From an uncultured Phycisphaerales bacterium (GTDB taxonomy: Bacteria > Planctomycetota > Phycisphaerae > Tepidisphaerales > Tepidisphaeraceae): a stretch of DNA of 64,000 nucleotides. A model generated the notes under the pieces. It saw only the letters and a list, made by a program, of their open reading frames with translations. It was not told the origin of the DNA and did no database searches. Below, in pieces: positions 51,863 to 62,422 of this stretch (within the stretch, counting starts at the first letter, position 1; every line of letters starts with the position of its first letter). The stretch spans positions 1-64,000 of the forward strand of contig CAVWVQ010000002.1 of NCBI GenBank assembly GCA_963758525.1. The letters run 5' to 3'. The translations under genes were made by a program, and so were the position numbers.

Positions 51863-52927
51863 ATGTCCAACAATCTTTTCTCACCGCTGAAGATTCGCGA
51901 ACTCACCATCCCCAATCGCGTCTTCGTCTCACCCATGTGTCAATATTCGAGCGACAACGGGCTGCCCACGGACTGGCACATGGTGCACCTTGGCAGCCGG
52001 GCCGTCGGCGGAGCGGGCCTGGTCATGGTCGAGGCGACCGCAGTCTCGCCGGAGGGGCGGATCTCACCGGGCGACAGCGGGATCTGGTCGGATGAGCACT
52101 CTCGCGCGTTCGCTCCGATCGCACGATTTATTGAATCGCAAGGAGCCGTCCCGGCGATCCAACTCGCTCATGCGGGGCGCAAGGCCTCAACGATGCGACC
52201 CTGGGAAGGCCGCTCCGAAGTCCCGATTTCCCAGGGCGGCTGGCAGACCATCGCACCCAGCGCGATCCCATTCAACGACGTCTATCCCAAGCCGCGTGCG
52301 ATGACTGAAGCCGATATCGCGGCGGTCCTGAAGCAGTTCGTGGACGCGACCCGCCGGAGTCTGGCCGCCGGGTTCCGCGTGGTCGAACTTCACATGGCTC
52401 ACGGCTATCTGCTCCACGAATTTCTTTCGCCATTATCGAATCATCGCACCGACGAATTCGGCGGCTCGCTGGAGAACCGGATGCGTTTGCCCCTTCGCGT
52501 CGCCAGTGCCGTGCGCGAAACCTGGCCGACGGAGCGCCCGCTCTTCGTTCGCATCTCCGCCACCGACTGGGTGGACGGCGGCTGGGATTTGCCGCAGTCC
52601 ATCCGCTTTTCCACCGAGCTGCGCAAGATCGGCATCGACCTGATCGATTGCTCCAGCGGCGGGCTCGCCGCTCAGGCGAAAATTCCCGTCTCGCCCGGCT
52701 ACCAGGTTCCGTTTGCTGAAGCGATCCGCCGCGAGGCGGGCATTGCCACCGGGGCCGTTGGACTGATCACCGATCCCAAACAAGCCGACGAAATCATCTC
52801 CGCTGGAAAAGCCGACGCCGTGCTGCTCGCACGAGCGATGCTGCGCGATCCCTACTGGCCCTTGCATGCCGCGAAGGAATTGGGCGCCCAAGGCCGCTGG
52901 CCCATCCAGTATGAACGCGCGACCTGA
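51863..52927 (+). CDS. NADH:flavin oxidoreductase, Old Yellow Enzyme (YqjM/XenA-like)
   Basis: NRVFVSPMCQYS, IQLAHAGRKAS, HMAHGYLLHEFLSPLSN.RTDEFGGSLENR, LRDPYW, QYER. Confidence 0.95.
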   Translation: MSNNLFSPLKIRELTIPNRVFVSPMCQYSSDNGLPTDWHMVHLGSRAVGGAGLVMVEATAVSPEGRISPGDSGIWSDEHSRAFAPIARFIESQGAVPAIQLAHAGRKASTMRPWEGRSEVPISQGGWQTIAPSAIPFNDVYPKPRAMTEADIAAVLKQFVDATRRSLAAGFRVVELHMAHGYLLHEFLSPLSNHRTDEFGGSLENRMRLPLRVASAVRETWPTERPLFVRISATDWVDGGWDLPQSIRFSTELRKIGIDLIDCSSGGLAAQAKIPVSPGYQVPFAEAIRREAGIATGAVGLITDPKQADEIISAGKADAVLLARAMLRDPYWPLHAAKELGAQGRWPIQYERAT

Positions 52928-53002
52928 CGACTGTGGCAATTGACTCCCCTCCCATCATCCGATCTGATGCCCAGACGCGCACCAAATTGAAGGGTATATG
53001 CC

Positions 53003-53872
53003 ATGGATCAGATCGAGACACTCAGAAAGGTTTCGCTGTTTTCGGGAATGGACGATCAGGAGATCGCGGGGGTGCTGGCGATCATGGACTCGAATCATTA
53101 CGTCCCCGGACAGGGAATCATCCATGAGAACGATGAAGCCGAGGCGTTTCACGTCATCACGAGGGGGACGGTCGAGTTTCTCACCTCCGACGCCAGCGGC
53201 GCGGAATTGATCCTCGACCAGGCCGGCGTCGGCGGGTTTTTCGGCGAGTTGTCCGCCCTGACCGGCGAGCCCAGGCTGGTCCGCGTCCGCGCGGTCGACG
53301 ACGTCGAATCGCTCTCCCTGAGCCGCTCGGAATTTCACGACTTTGTCATGGCTCATCCGCATGCCGGGATCGACGTTATGACGGCACTGGCTCATCGTCT
53401 GTATCGAACGGACAAGTTGCTGAAGCAGAGCGTCAGCCGCAACGCAAACGTCGTCGATTACGAACGGCTGACATTGGGCGCGAAGATCGCCGATCAATTC
53501 GCCAGCGGCATGGGCTCCTGGACGTTCATCATTTTGCAGAGCGGGATTCTCGCGTTCTGGGTGGCTTTCAACGTGGTTGCCGTCCATTTCGGCTGGTGGT
53601 CGTGGGACCCGTATCCGTTCATCTTTCTGAACCTGGTCCTCTCGTTCCAGGCGGCTTACGCCGCTCCCATCATCATGATGAGTCAGAACCGCTCGGCCGA
53701 TAAAGACCGGCTCGCCGCGGAGATCGACCACCAGGTCAATATCAAAGCGGAGGTAAAAACCGGCCTTATCATGAGCCGGCTCGACGACCTGGAACGCGCG
53801 ATGCATTTCCTCCACAAGGAACAATGCTCGCTTATGAGACTCGGCAACGGCGATCAGCCCTCATCGAGGTGA
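53003..53872 (+). CDS. cNMP-binding domain + DUF1003 membrane protein
   Basis: FFGELSAL..PR; GSWTFI, DPYPFIFLNLVLSFQAAYAAPIIMMSQNR....DR. Confidence 0.9.
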   Translation: MDQIETLRKVSLFSGMDDQEIAGVLAIMDSNHYVPGQGIIHENDEAEAFHVITRGTVEFLTSDASGAELILDQAGVGGFFGELSALTGEPRLVRVRAVDDVESLSLSRSEFHDFVMAHPHAGIDVMTALAHRLYRTDKLLKQSVSRNANVVDYERLTLGAKIADQFASGMGSWTFIILQSGILAFWVAFNVVAVHFGWWSWDPYPFIFLNLVLSFQAAYAAPIIMMSQNRSADKDRLAAEIDHQVNIKAEVKTGLIMSRLDDLERAMHFLHKEQCSLMRLGNGDQPSSR

Positions 53873-54003
53873 ATCGTCTCAGGAAATTCGCGCGGCCAAC
53901 GCGGCGATGGTATGCGCGTTCGTTGAAAAGCGTAAAGCAAGTCACTACAGATGGGTGTCGTTGGCGTCCGGGCGCGGAGCCAGTAGACTCAAATGCGGTC
54001 CCG

Positions 54004-55569
54004 ATGCCCAGCAAGATCAAATTTGTAATTCTGCGCTTCGCCGTAACGACGGGGTTGCTGCTTGCCGGCTGTCAGGCGAGTCATCCGGCGGAGCGTCCGT
54101 TTGTGGCGCCTGCGAGCAGCGCGGCACATCTCACGCATTTCATTGGGACGCCGCTGTCCGGCCCCACATTGACGAAGCCGACTTCGATTCGCCCGGGCGA
54201 CGCCCTGTCTGTTGAGGTGCGGTTCGTGGCGCTCGAGCACATGGTCCCGCAGGCCGGTGAACCGCTGGCCAGCAGAATACGGATGCTCGTGCAGACGCGC
54301 CGCCCGCTGCCCGTGCTTCCTGCAGAGCGGTTGCTGCGCAGCGCACGATGGATCGATCTCAACGGCAATGCCAACCTGGACAGCGCGGTCTCGCCGATCG
54401 GCGGCCGCACCGCCACGGTCGTGGATCAGCAAGGCGCATTGCCACCCAATGTGACCGCGTCATTTACGCTCGCTGATGCAACGAGCCTGGACGACTCGGG
54501 AGCATCGACCGCATCGCATCGGCAGATCGAGGTGGACGCATATCGTTCCGCGATGGGCACTCTGCAGATCGGCGTGGCGCTGGAAGATCTGGCCGATCAG
54601 GCGCCTGACAAGACCGATCTGGGAGATGAGACCAAGTCCGCCGGCGAATCGAAGGCGGCTAAGCCGCAGACGGGGCCGGCGCGGAATTCGACGCTCTCAG
54701 CGAGAAGCAAGGCGGCGCATGTGGCGGCAGGTCAGCCGCCGGTATTTCAGCGGGAGCTGGCGATCGTCGATCTGCCGCCGCTTTCCACGAAGGGCGAACA
54801 AACCGCGGTGTTAATTCCCATTCATTTCGCCAATACCGATTCGGCGGCGATCGCGGCGGTCATCACGATCATGCCCTCATCCAATGCTGTGGAGCATGTC
54901 AGGGCGACAGCCCGATGTGCGGAGGATTTGCAGCATTCCTGCGATGCGGCCGCGAACGACCCGCAGGCGCTGACGGTGGTCAGCCCGGAATGGTCGATCT
55001 ATCGCGTGGCGCTGGATGCGTTGAGCGATCCGCAGCGCCGGCGGGCGGCGCTGGTCTATCTCGCGGCACAGACAGGCGCACCGCTCTGTCGCGACGTGGC
55101 GCTCGCCGCGGAGGGGTCGGCGCTGGACCGACTTTCCGGCGAAGTCCGCCGGGTCATCGCAAAACCTGCTGCCGAGGCCGGGCCCAGCGGCGAGGAACTC
55201 GGCTGGACGCTCGATCGAACCACGTTTTTGATGCTCGGGGCGATGCTCAATGAGTCGAAGCTTCCACTGGAACTGGCGGCGGTGCTGACTTCCTTTAGCG
55301 GGCAGGTCGGGCGCGACGCGGGCTCTGTTGACGAAGTTTCGCATTCGCTCGGCAGCCGCGCTGCATTCATGGCGCGGTTGCAGGCGGAAAATCTGATTGC
55401 GCTGGAAGACAGTTCGCTTGCCGCCCGGGTGCGCGCCTACGACTGGCTGCGAGCCCGCGATGAGGCGCCGCCGGGATTCGATCCGCAGGCGTCGCGGAAG
55501 GAACGCCGCGGCGCGCTGGAGAATTTTGTTGCAGCTCCCACAACAGCCCCCGCCGGAGCGGTCAAATGA
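54004..55569 (+). CDS. Hypothetical lipoprotein
   Basis: MPSKIKFVILRFAVTTGLLLAGC lipobox; helical C-terminus; overlaps the next start (ATGA). Confidence 0.7.
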   Translation: MPSKIKFVILRFAVTTGLLLAGCQASHPAERPFVAPASSAAHLTHFIGTPLSGPTLTKPTSIRPGDALSVEVRFVALEHMVPQAGEPLASRIRMLVQTRRPLPVLPAERLLRSARWIDLNGNANLDSAVSPIGGRTATVVDQQGALPPNVTASFTLADATSLDDSGASTASHRQIEVDAYRSAMGTLQIGVALEDLADQAPDKTDLGDETKSAGESKAAKPQTGPARNSTLSARSKAAHVAAGQPPVFQRELAIVDLPPLSTKGEQTAVLIPIHFANTDSAAIAAVITIMPSSNAVEHVRATARCAEDLQHSCDAAANDPQALTVVSPEWSIYRVALDALSDPQRRRAALVYLAAQTGAPLCRDVALAAEGSALDRLSGEVRRVIAKPAAEAGPSGEELGWTLDRTTFLMLGAMLNESKLPLELAAVLTSFSGQVGRDAGSVDEVSHSLGSRAAFMARLQAENLIALEDSSLAARVRAYDWLRARDEAPPGFDPQASRKERRGALENFVAAPTTAPAGAVK

Positions 55570-58500
55570 GTGATGCGCCGACGCCTCCTTTCGAACCAGC
55601 GCCGCCCGCCGCCGCGCCCGTGCCGCCCGCGACGGAGAAGCCCGCCCCGGCGAAACCCGCGCGCAAACCGAGCAACTGGCGCCGGCGAATTCTCGTCACC
55701 CTCATCGTGCTCTTCGCGCTGGCGACGGTCGGCCGGCTGCTGGTCGCCATTTCATTGCCGCTCGTGCTGCAGCGGGTGGTGGCGTTTTACAATCTCTCCT
55801 GCACCTACGATCGGGCCGCACTGAGCATCACCGACGGCGACCTCACCCTGTCCAACCTGACCATCCGGCCTAAAGAGGGCGGCGAGCCGATCGCCCATGC
55901 CGATTACATTTACGGCAATATCTCACCGCTCCAACTGCTGCGCGGCAGACTGTACGTGTATCGCGCCGAGGTCGACGGCATCAACGTGAATGTCGATCGC
56001 CAGGCCGATGGAACCATTCCGCTGTTGACGCGTTTTGTTCCCGCGACCGCCAAAACAGCGCAGACCGCCAGCGGTTCGCAAGCTGCGCCGGTAAAACCGG
56101 TCGATCTTGCTTCGCCCTTGAAGGTCGAGGCATTTCGGCTGACGCACGTCGTCGCCCACATCCATGACGAGCATGTGGCGCCAACGCTGGACACCGACGT
56201 GCTGCTGGGCGTGCGCGTCAGCGACCTGGGCGTGGCCGGCAAGGCGACGACGTTTGAAGTGAACGTCTCCGCGGATCAGCTTCTCGATGAACTGGCCGTC
56301 AAAGGGCACGCGAAACTCGACGCGGCATCGCTTGACGCCCAAATGAGCGTCGGTGTTCGCGGCCTGCATCCCCGGGCGGCGGCTGGATACATGCTGCCGA
56401 TTGGCATTCGTCCCGCCTCCGACAGTATCAACATGCAGATGAGCGCCGCGCTGACGGCGGCTCCGTCGAACTCTGCGCCAGCGCGCTGACCGGCAAGCTG
56501 TCGCTCGACAAGATTCTCGCCCTTGCCGATGGCGAGCAGTCGGTCCGCGTGGACAAGGTGAATATCGACATCGATTCTTTCGACACGCTCGCGCTCAAGC
56601 TCGGCGATGTTCTCGTGCAAGGCGTTCGCGTCAGCACCGGCCGCACACACGAAGGCCTGCTGCGAGCCTGCGGGATCGAGCTTGTCACGCCGGCGCAAAC
56701 CAATGCGTCTCCCGCGGCCGCAACTTCGGCGACCGGCGCGGCTCCCGCATACGCTTTGAGCGTCGCTTCTGTTCGGGTGAGCGACTGCCGGTTCGAGCTC
56801 AACGATCAGGCCGTCACTCCCGCGACGACACTGGCGATCCAGCTCGATCAGTTCACCATTGCAGCTCCCGAGTCAGGCGGACCGCTCGCGATTGTCGGCA
56901 AGCTTGAGCTTCCCGGCATCGCAAAACGGATCGAACTCTCCGGCACTACTTCCCCGTTCGCTCAGACCAGGACTGCCGCGGTAATGTTGCGTGTGTCGGG
57001 ACTCGACCCAACCGCGCTCAAGCCCTACCTGAACGCCATTGGGCTTGAATCGCAGTTCACCAACGGCACGTTCGCCTGCGATCTGAACGCCGATCTGACG
57101 CCGAAGCCGGACGGCAACTTTGCCGCCAACGCGCACCTCTCGAAATTAAGTCTTGCCAACACCAGCCAGCTTCTCGGGCTGGACGATGTTTCGCTGCAAG
57201 GCGTTTCCGCCGACGCGCACAAAATCCGTTTCGATTCCATCGCCGTGAGCGGTCCGACGCTCGTGATTCAGCGAGATGCCAGCGGCGCGGTCAGCCTGCT
57301 GGGCTTCAAGACGCGCCCGCCGGTTGCTTCGCCGAAAGAAGGAGCACCCGCAGCGCAGACATCGACGCCGGCTGCACCCCCTCCGCTAACGACGGCTTCC
57401 GCGACACCCGCCCCGCGTCTGGAGATTGGCAAATTCATCTGGCATGGCGTACACGTTCATTTCGACGACGAAGCGGTTTCTCCGCCGCAGTCGATCGGAA
57501 TCGACGATGTGGGAGTGGAGCTGACCGATCTGAAGCTCGGCCTCGATCCGCGGGATTACGCGGCCAACAGCGGGAAGATCAAAGCCTGGCTCGCGGCGCC
57601 GCGGTTTGTCGATCGATTCGACCTGAGCGGCAATGTTGCTCCGGGGCCCAAGGCGCTGCTGCTTGATGTCACCGGCGCGGGAACCGGCATCTCGCCGTCG
57701 GCGCTGGCCCCGTATCTTTCCTCGCTCGGCCTGGCTCCGCTGACGACCAACGGCACGATCAACTTTCACGCGCAGCTGTCCGTCGCCCACGATCGCAACA
57801 CCCTTAGCGCGGGCTTATCCCTGGATCAGATTCGCTACGCCGATCCGGCCCAGACGCTGCTCGCCGTCGATTCGCTCAAAATCGGGAACGTCGCGCTGGC
57901 GGGCAGCGACATCGGCGTCACCGACGCCACGATCGAGCATCCGCAGGCTCGCATCGAGCGTGACCATGACGGCAACCTCGTCGTCGCCGGGATTAAGCTG
58001 GTTTCGAGCAGCCCCAGCCCCCCGCTTCCCGCCGCTTCTCCCACTATAAGTCAGCCGCCATCAGCCCCCAGCCAGGCATCAACAAACCCGCGGCCGAATG
58101 CGCCTGCGACACAGACTGCGTCGAGTACACCGAGCCCGGCGGCTCCAGCGCCGCTCACGGCAGAACTCGACTCGTTGCGCATTGCGCACGCACAACTCTG
58201 GTGGATCGACCATGCGGTCTCCCCGGATGTCAACGCCTCGCTGACGGCTGATGTCGGCCTGCAGCATCTGACCATCGGAAAAGCGGCCGATCCGGCAAAT
58301 CTGCAGATCGTCGCCGCCATCCCCGGAGTCATCGAAAAACTGGATGTCGTCGGCAAGGTCTCGCCCGCGCCTGGGGCGCAATCGGCGAGCTTCAACATTG
58401 CAGGCGACGGAATTGTGATCGGGCCGATGGCGTCGTATCTGCCGCCGGGGATCACGTCCACACTCAAGGACGGTTCGCTTCGGCTGGCGCTCGACGCGAA

Positions 58501-60961
58501 ACTTCTGACGGCTCAGAAAGGCGCACTGGCCGCCAATCTGATTGTGAATCAACTTGACTACCGCGACGCCGGCTCCCCCACTTCGCTCTTCAAACTGGAC
58601 AACCTCACGCTCGCCGCGTCGCGCTTCGATCCAAAGGGCGGCGTGATTGCCTTCGATGAAGTTTCCACCCACGGAATCGCATGCGACGTGACGCAACTTC
58701 CGGGAGGCAAGTTGCAACTGCTGGGATTTCAAATCGCGCCCGCTCCGGCCGCGCCGCAGCCGGCCGTGAAGGCGAAGACCACCGCGGAAGGTGCCGGGAT
58801 GGCCACGCCCGCTGTCGCGCCGTCCGCTCCCGCTTCGCCCACGCCTGCGCCGGACGCGGCGGCGCTGGTCGCGGCGGCTCGAAAGGCGCTTCCGCTGATC
58901 ACCCTTGAGAAGCTCGATCTGAACGTCAGCCGATTCGCTCTCATCGACGGCTCTCGTCCCGCCGCGGCGCCGCTGGCGTTGGAAGATCTGACACTGCGGA
59001 ACACGAGCCGCATCGAATGCCTCGGCAAGGATCCGGAGTCGAAGCCGCCGACAGCGCTGCAACTGGTCACCCGCGTCGCGCCGCTGGCCGATCGGCTGGC
59101 GGTTGACGTCAAACTCTCGCCCTTCACCCGGCAGCCTTCTGCGACACTCGATCTGGCGATCGCCGGAATTCATGGCGACGGGCTCACGAAATACTCTCCC
59201 GATTTGAAAAAGACCATCGACGGCTCCGGCATGACCAACGGGCAATTCGGGGCCCACGTCGAAGCAACGCTGAAGCTCGATCGGCACTCGCCGATCGACT
59301 TCGATCTCTCTCATCCGTTCGGAGTCGAGTTCGACCTGACGAACGTGAAGTACCGCTCGGCGCCCAATGGTCCGGTGTTGGCTGGAATCGACGAGGTCCG
59401 ATCGGAGGGCGTTCGCGTCATCCCGGCAACCGGTGATGTGACGATAAAAACACTGGAGTTGACCAATCCCAACGCCCTGCTGATTCGCGACACGGATGGC
59501 ATTCACGCGCTTGGCTGGGTTCTCAAAAGTCAGCCGCCGGCGACGCAACCAAGTGCAGCGGCAACAGCCAAACCGCCCCAGCAACCCGCAAGAGTCGCCA
59601 CATTGAAGACCGCCGCGCCCGCATCGCAGCCGGCCGCCCCCAGAAGTGAGATCAAGATCGATCACATCGTGGCCAGCGGAATGAACGTGCGAATCGAGGA
59701 TCGCACCACCAAACCGATCACCGTCCTTCCGCTCAACGGGCTCGACCTGGAGATCCGCGATCTGTCGAGCCTGGCGCTCTATCAGGACAAGCCTTTCCGA
59801 TTCAGCGCGCTCATCAACGCGGGGAAGGTGAATCTGCCGGCCCGCACGGGCGGCGGAAGCGAGGATCGCGATTTGTTCTCGCAACTGACGGCTTCCGGGA
59901 AGATCGGCCTCTACCCCGAATTGAACGGATGGAGCAAGATTGCGATCAGCGGGTTTGATCTGTCCGGCGCAACCGCCGAAGCGGCGGCACAGAGCGTCAC
60001 CTTGACAAAAGGCGCCTTCGATACCGACATCGACCTGCACTTTGAGCCGGGTAACGTGATCGCGGTGCAATCGAAGCTGATCTTCACCGATATGTCGCTT
60101 GCTGAGCCGCCGAAGGGCCCGATCTCCAGATTCCTTGTCCTTCCCGCGCCCCTCGATGTCGTTCTGGGCATCCTCGAGGATCCGGACGGATCGATCACGC
60201 TTCCGGTGAATTTCTCGACCAAGGAGCTTCAACCGCAGGGAATCGCCGGAGCGGCCGCGGGCGCTGTCACCAGCGTGATAGCGACAGCGGTTGCCTCGGC
60301 CCCCGTCAAGGCGGTCAACGCGGTCGCGACATTGTTTGGCGTCGGAGCCAAAAAGCCAGGCGAGGAACAGCTCGTCACGCTCGGCTACGCTCCGGGGGCG
60401 ATTGCCCTCGAAATGCCCGAGCAGATCAAGCTGGCGCTCCTCGCGCAGCGGATGATCAAAGAGCCCGCCCTCTCGCTGACGATTGCCCACCAATTTGGGA
60501 GTCAGGATGCGCGGACCGTCGCCGCCCGCGCCAACCCCAGCGCGGATGAAGCGAAGGGATTGGCGTACCGCCTTCGCGCCCGCAAGCTCGAACTGTCGCG
60601 GCTGCGCTCCGAAGTATCGGGAGAAGCCGAAGCTCAGCTCGGAACATTCGACGAAGCCAGCGCCGCCCCGACACTCCTGCGGCTGCGTGCCATCGACCGC
60701 GATCTGGCAGTGACCGAGATTGCGTTGGATCGTACGTACGACATGCTCCGCCCTGGCGCCGATCGGCAGGCCGATCGACGCACCCGTGCGGCCGCGCTGG
60801 AAATTGCCTCCCAGCGTCTGGATGCGGTCCGCACGATGCTTCGCTCCGCCGGCGTGGCTGACGTCGATGCGCGCGTTAAGCTGATTCACCCGACCTTCGA
60901 TCCTTCGAAGGATTCTGTCGGTAGCGTGATTGCGATTCAGCCGGTTCAGACGAAGGGATAG
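55566..60961 (+). CDS. Large DUF748/AsmA-like protein (~1800 aa); frameshift at ~56478
   Basis: N-terminal TM anchor; repeated amphipathic beta segments (F.D.AV.P, L.PYL..L) separated by Pro/Ala linkers; LEDPDGSITLPV; two ORFs join. Confidence 0.8.
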
Positions 60962-61070
60962 TTTGGTTTGCGGGTTATTGAGTTTGAGGGGTTTGCAGTT
61001 TGGCCGCGAAGGGCAAGCCACGGCGGATGCAGGCGCGGATATTGACGCTTTTTTTAGTTCGGGGGGGGAA

Positions 61071-62024
61071 TTATTCAGCCGCAAGCGTTGCGGTCATGCG
61101 GGTTTCGATCGCGGATGTTGGGGGTACGCGAACGTTCCACACCAGCTTGAGCTTTTCGAGCAGTTTGATCACCACATAAGTGGAATCGAATTCCCACCAT
61201 CGCAGCCCGTGGCGGGCGGAGGTTGGAAACGCGTGATGGTTATTGTGCCAGCCTTCTCCGAACGCGAGGATTCCGAAGATGGCGTTGTTCCGGCTCTCAT
61301 CGGGCCCATCGAACGGGCGCGTTCCCCAAATGTGACAGACTGAATTAATGCTCCACGTGACGTGATGGAGCATGAAGGTGCGGATCAGCCCGCCCCACAA
61401 TACGCCTCCCAGCGCGCCCATCCAGGAGTGGAGAATCAGGCCGGCAATTACGCCCGGGATGACCCATCCGATCAGCATCCACAACCAGAACAGCCGGTCG
61501 ACAAAGACGAGCACCGGGTCGGCCAGCAGATCATTCACATTGCTGCGAGCGGCATCCGGGTCTGATGCGAAACACCAGCCGACATGCGCGTGCAGCATTC
61601 CCTTGAGCAGACCAACGATTCCGTCCCCTTTGAGGTGCGGCGAATGCGGATCGCCCGGCCGATCGCTGTGCTTGTGATGTGCGCGATGGACCGCACACCA
61701 TTCCAGAACCGGGCCCTGCGCCGACATCGAACCGGCAATTGCGAGCAGCCCCCGCAGGGCGGGCCCTGACTCAAGGGCGCGATGCGTGAACATGCGATGA
61801 AAACCGATCGTGACGCCAAGGATCGTGAATGTGTAGAAGCCCAGGAGCAGCATGAGCTGCGTCAATCCCACGCCATGGCCCCACATCAGATAGATCGCGG
61901 CGATCAGCCCCAAAAACGGCACGAATACTCCAACGCCCATCGCAAGGTTCTCGATAAGCGGCTTGGGTTCGTGAATGCGCTCTGCAACGACCGGATTGGT
62001 GCGGGGGGAAGAGAGTACGTTCAC
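61071..62024 (-). CDS. Acyl-CoA/acyl-lipid delta-9 type fatty acid desaturase
   Basis: His boxes GFHRMFTH, HRAHHKHSD..DPHSP, GEGWHNNHH; INSVCH; start approximate. Confidence 0.92.
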   Translation of the reverse strand: MNVLSSPRTNPVVAERIHEPKPLIENLAMGVGVFVPFLGLIAAIYLMWGHGVGLTQLMLLLGFYTFTILGVTIGFHRMFTHRALESGPALRGLLAIAGSMSAQGPVLEWCAVHRAHHKHSDRPGDPHSPHLKGDGIVGLLKGMLHAHVGWCFASDPDAARSNVNDLLADPVLVFVDRLFWLWMLIGWVIPGVIAGLILHSWMGALGGVLWGGLIRTFMLHHVTWSINSVCHIWGTRPFDGPDESRNNAIFGILAFGEGWHNNHHAFPTSARHGLRWWEFDSTYVVIKLLEKLKLVWNVRVPPTSAIETRMTATLAAE

Positions 62025-62100
62025 GCGGTTTGCCTCGTGCGTCCGTGCATGACTGCACTTTAGGGAATGCGAACGGGCTTGCAAGCTGAAGAGTCGCTCA

Positions 62101-62302
62101 TCAAATACCGCGGCGCGCCATCCAAATCAATGTGAGCATGACGCCGATGCCGATGAGCATGTGCGTCATGTGAATTGCGGTCATGGTGAAGTAGAAACAC
62201 ATGAACAGTTGCTCCTCGGGCGGGCGATGCCCCATCGAGAACGCCGCCGAGGATGACGACTCTGGCGATCGTGTTCGCGCTGGAGGGAAAGATCTGGGCC
62301 AT
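62101..62302 (-). pseudogene. Chimeric remnant: N-terminus of ActA-like cytochrome c abutting a fragment of cytochrome c oxidase subunit III
   Basis: 62302-~62237 encodes MAQIFPSSANTIARVVILGGVL; 62235-62101 (different frame) encodes MGHRPPEEQLFMCFYFTMTAIHMTHMLIGIGVMLTLIWMARRGI*. Confidence 0.7.
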
Positions 62303-62422
62303 ATCCCGAGTGCGTCATGCTAAGCAGCACGCTGGCGGCGCGCGAATGGACAAAAAAGCTGCAAATTGTTTTGGGATTTGCCCCGATTAGGGAAAGGGTT
62401 AAAATTGGACTTGGTTAAATCC

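Noticed and set aside
58079..61084. 1001-aa minus-strand ORF
   Set aside because: Antisense shadow of the DUF748 gene; Arg-rich, motif-free, typical of high-GC DNA.
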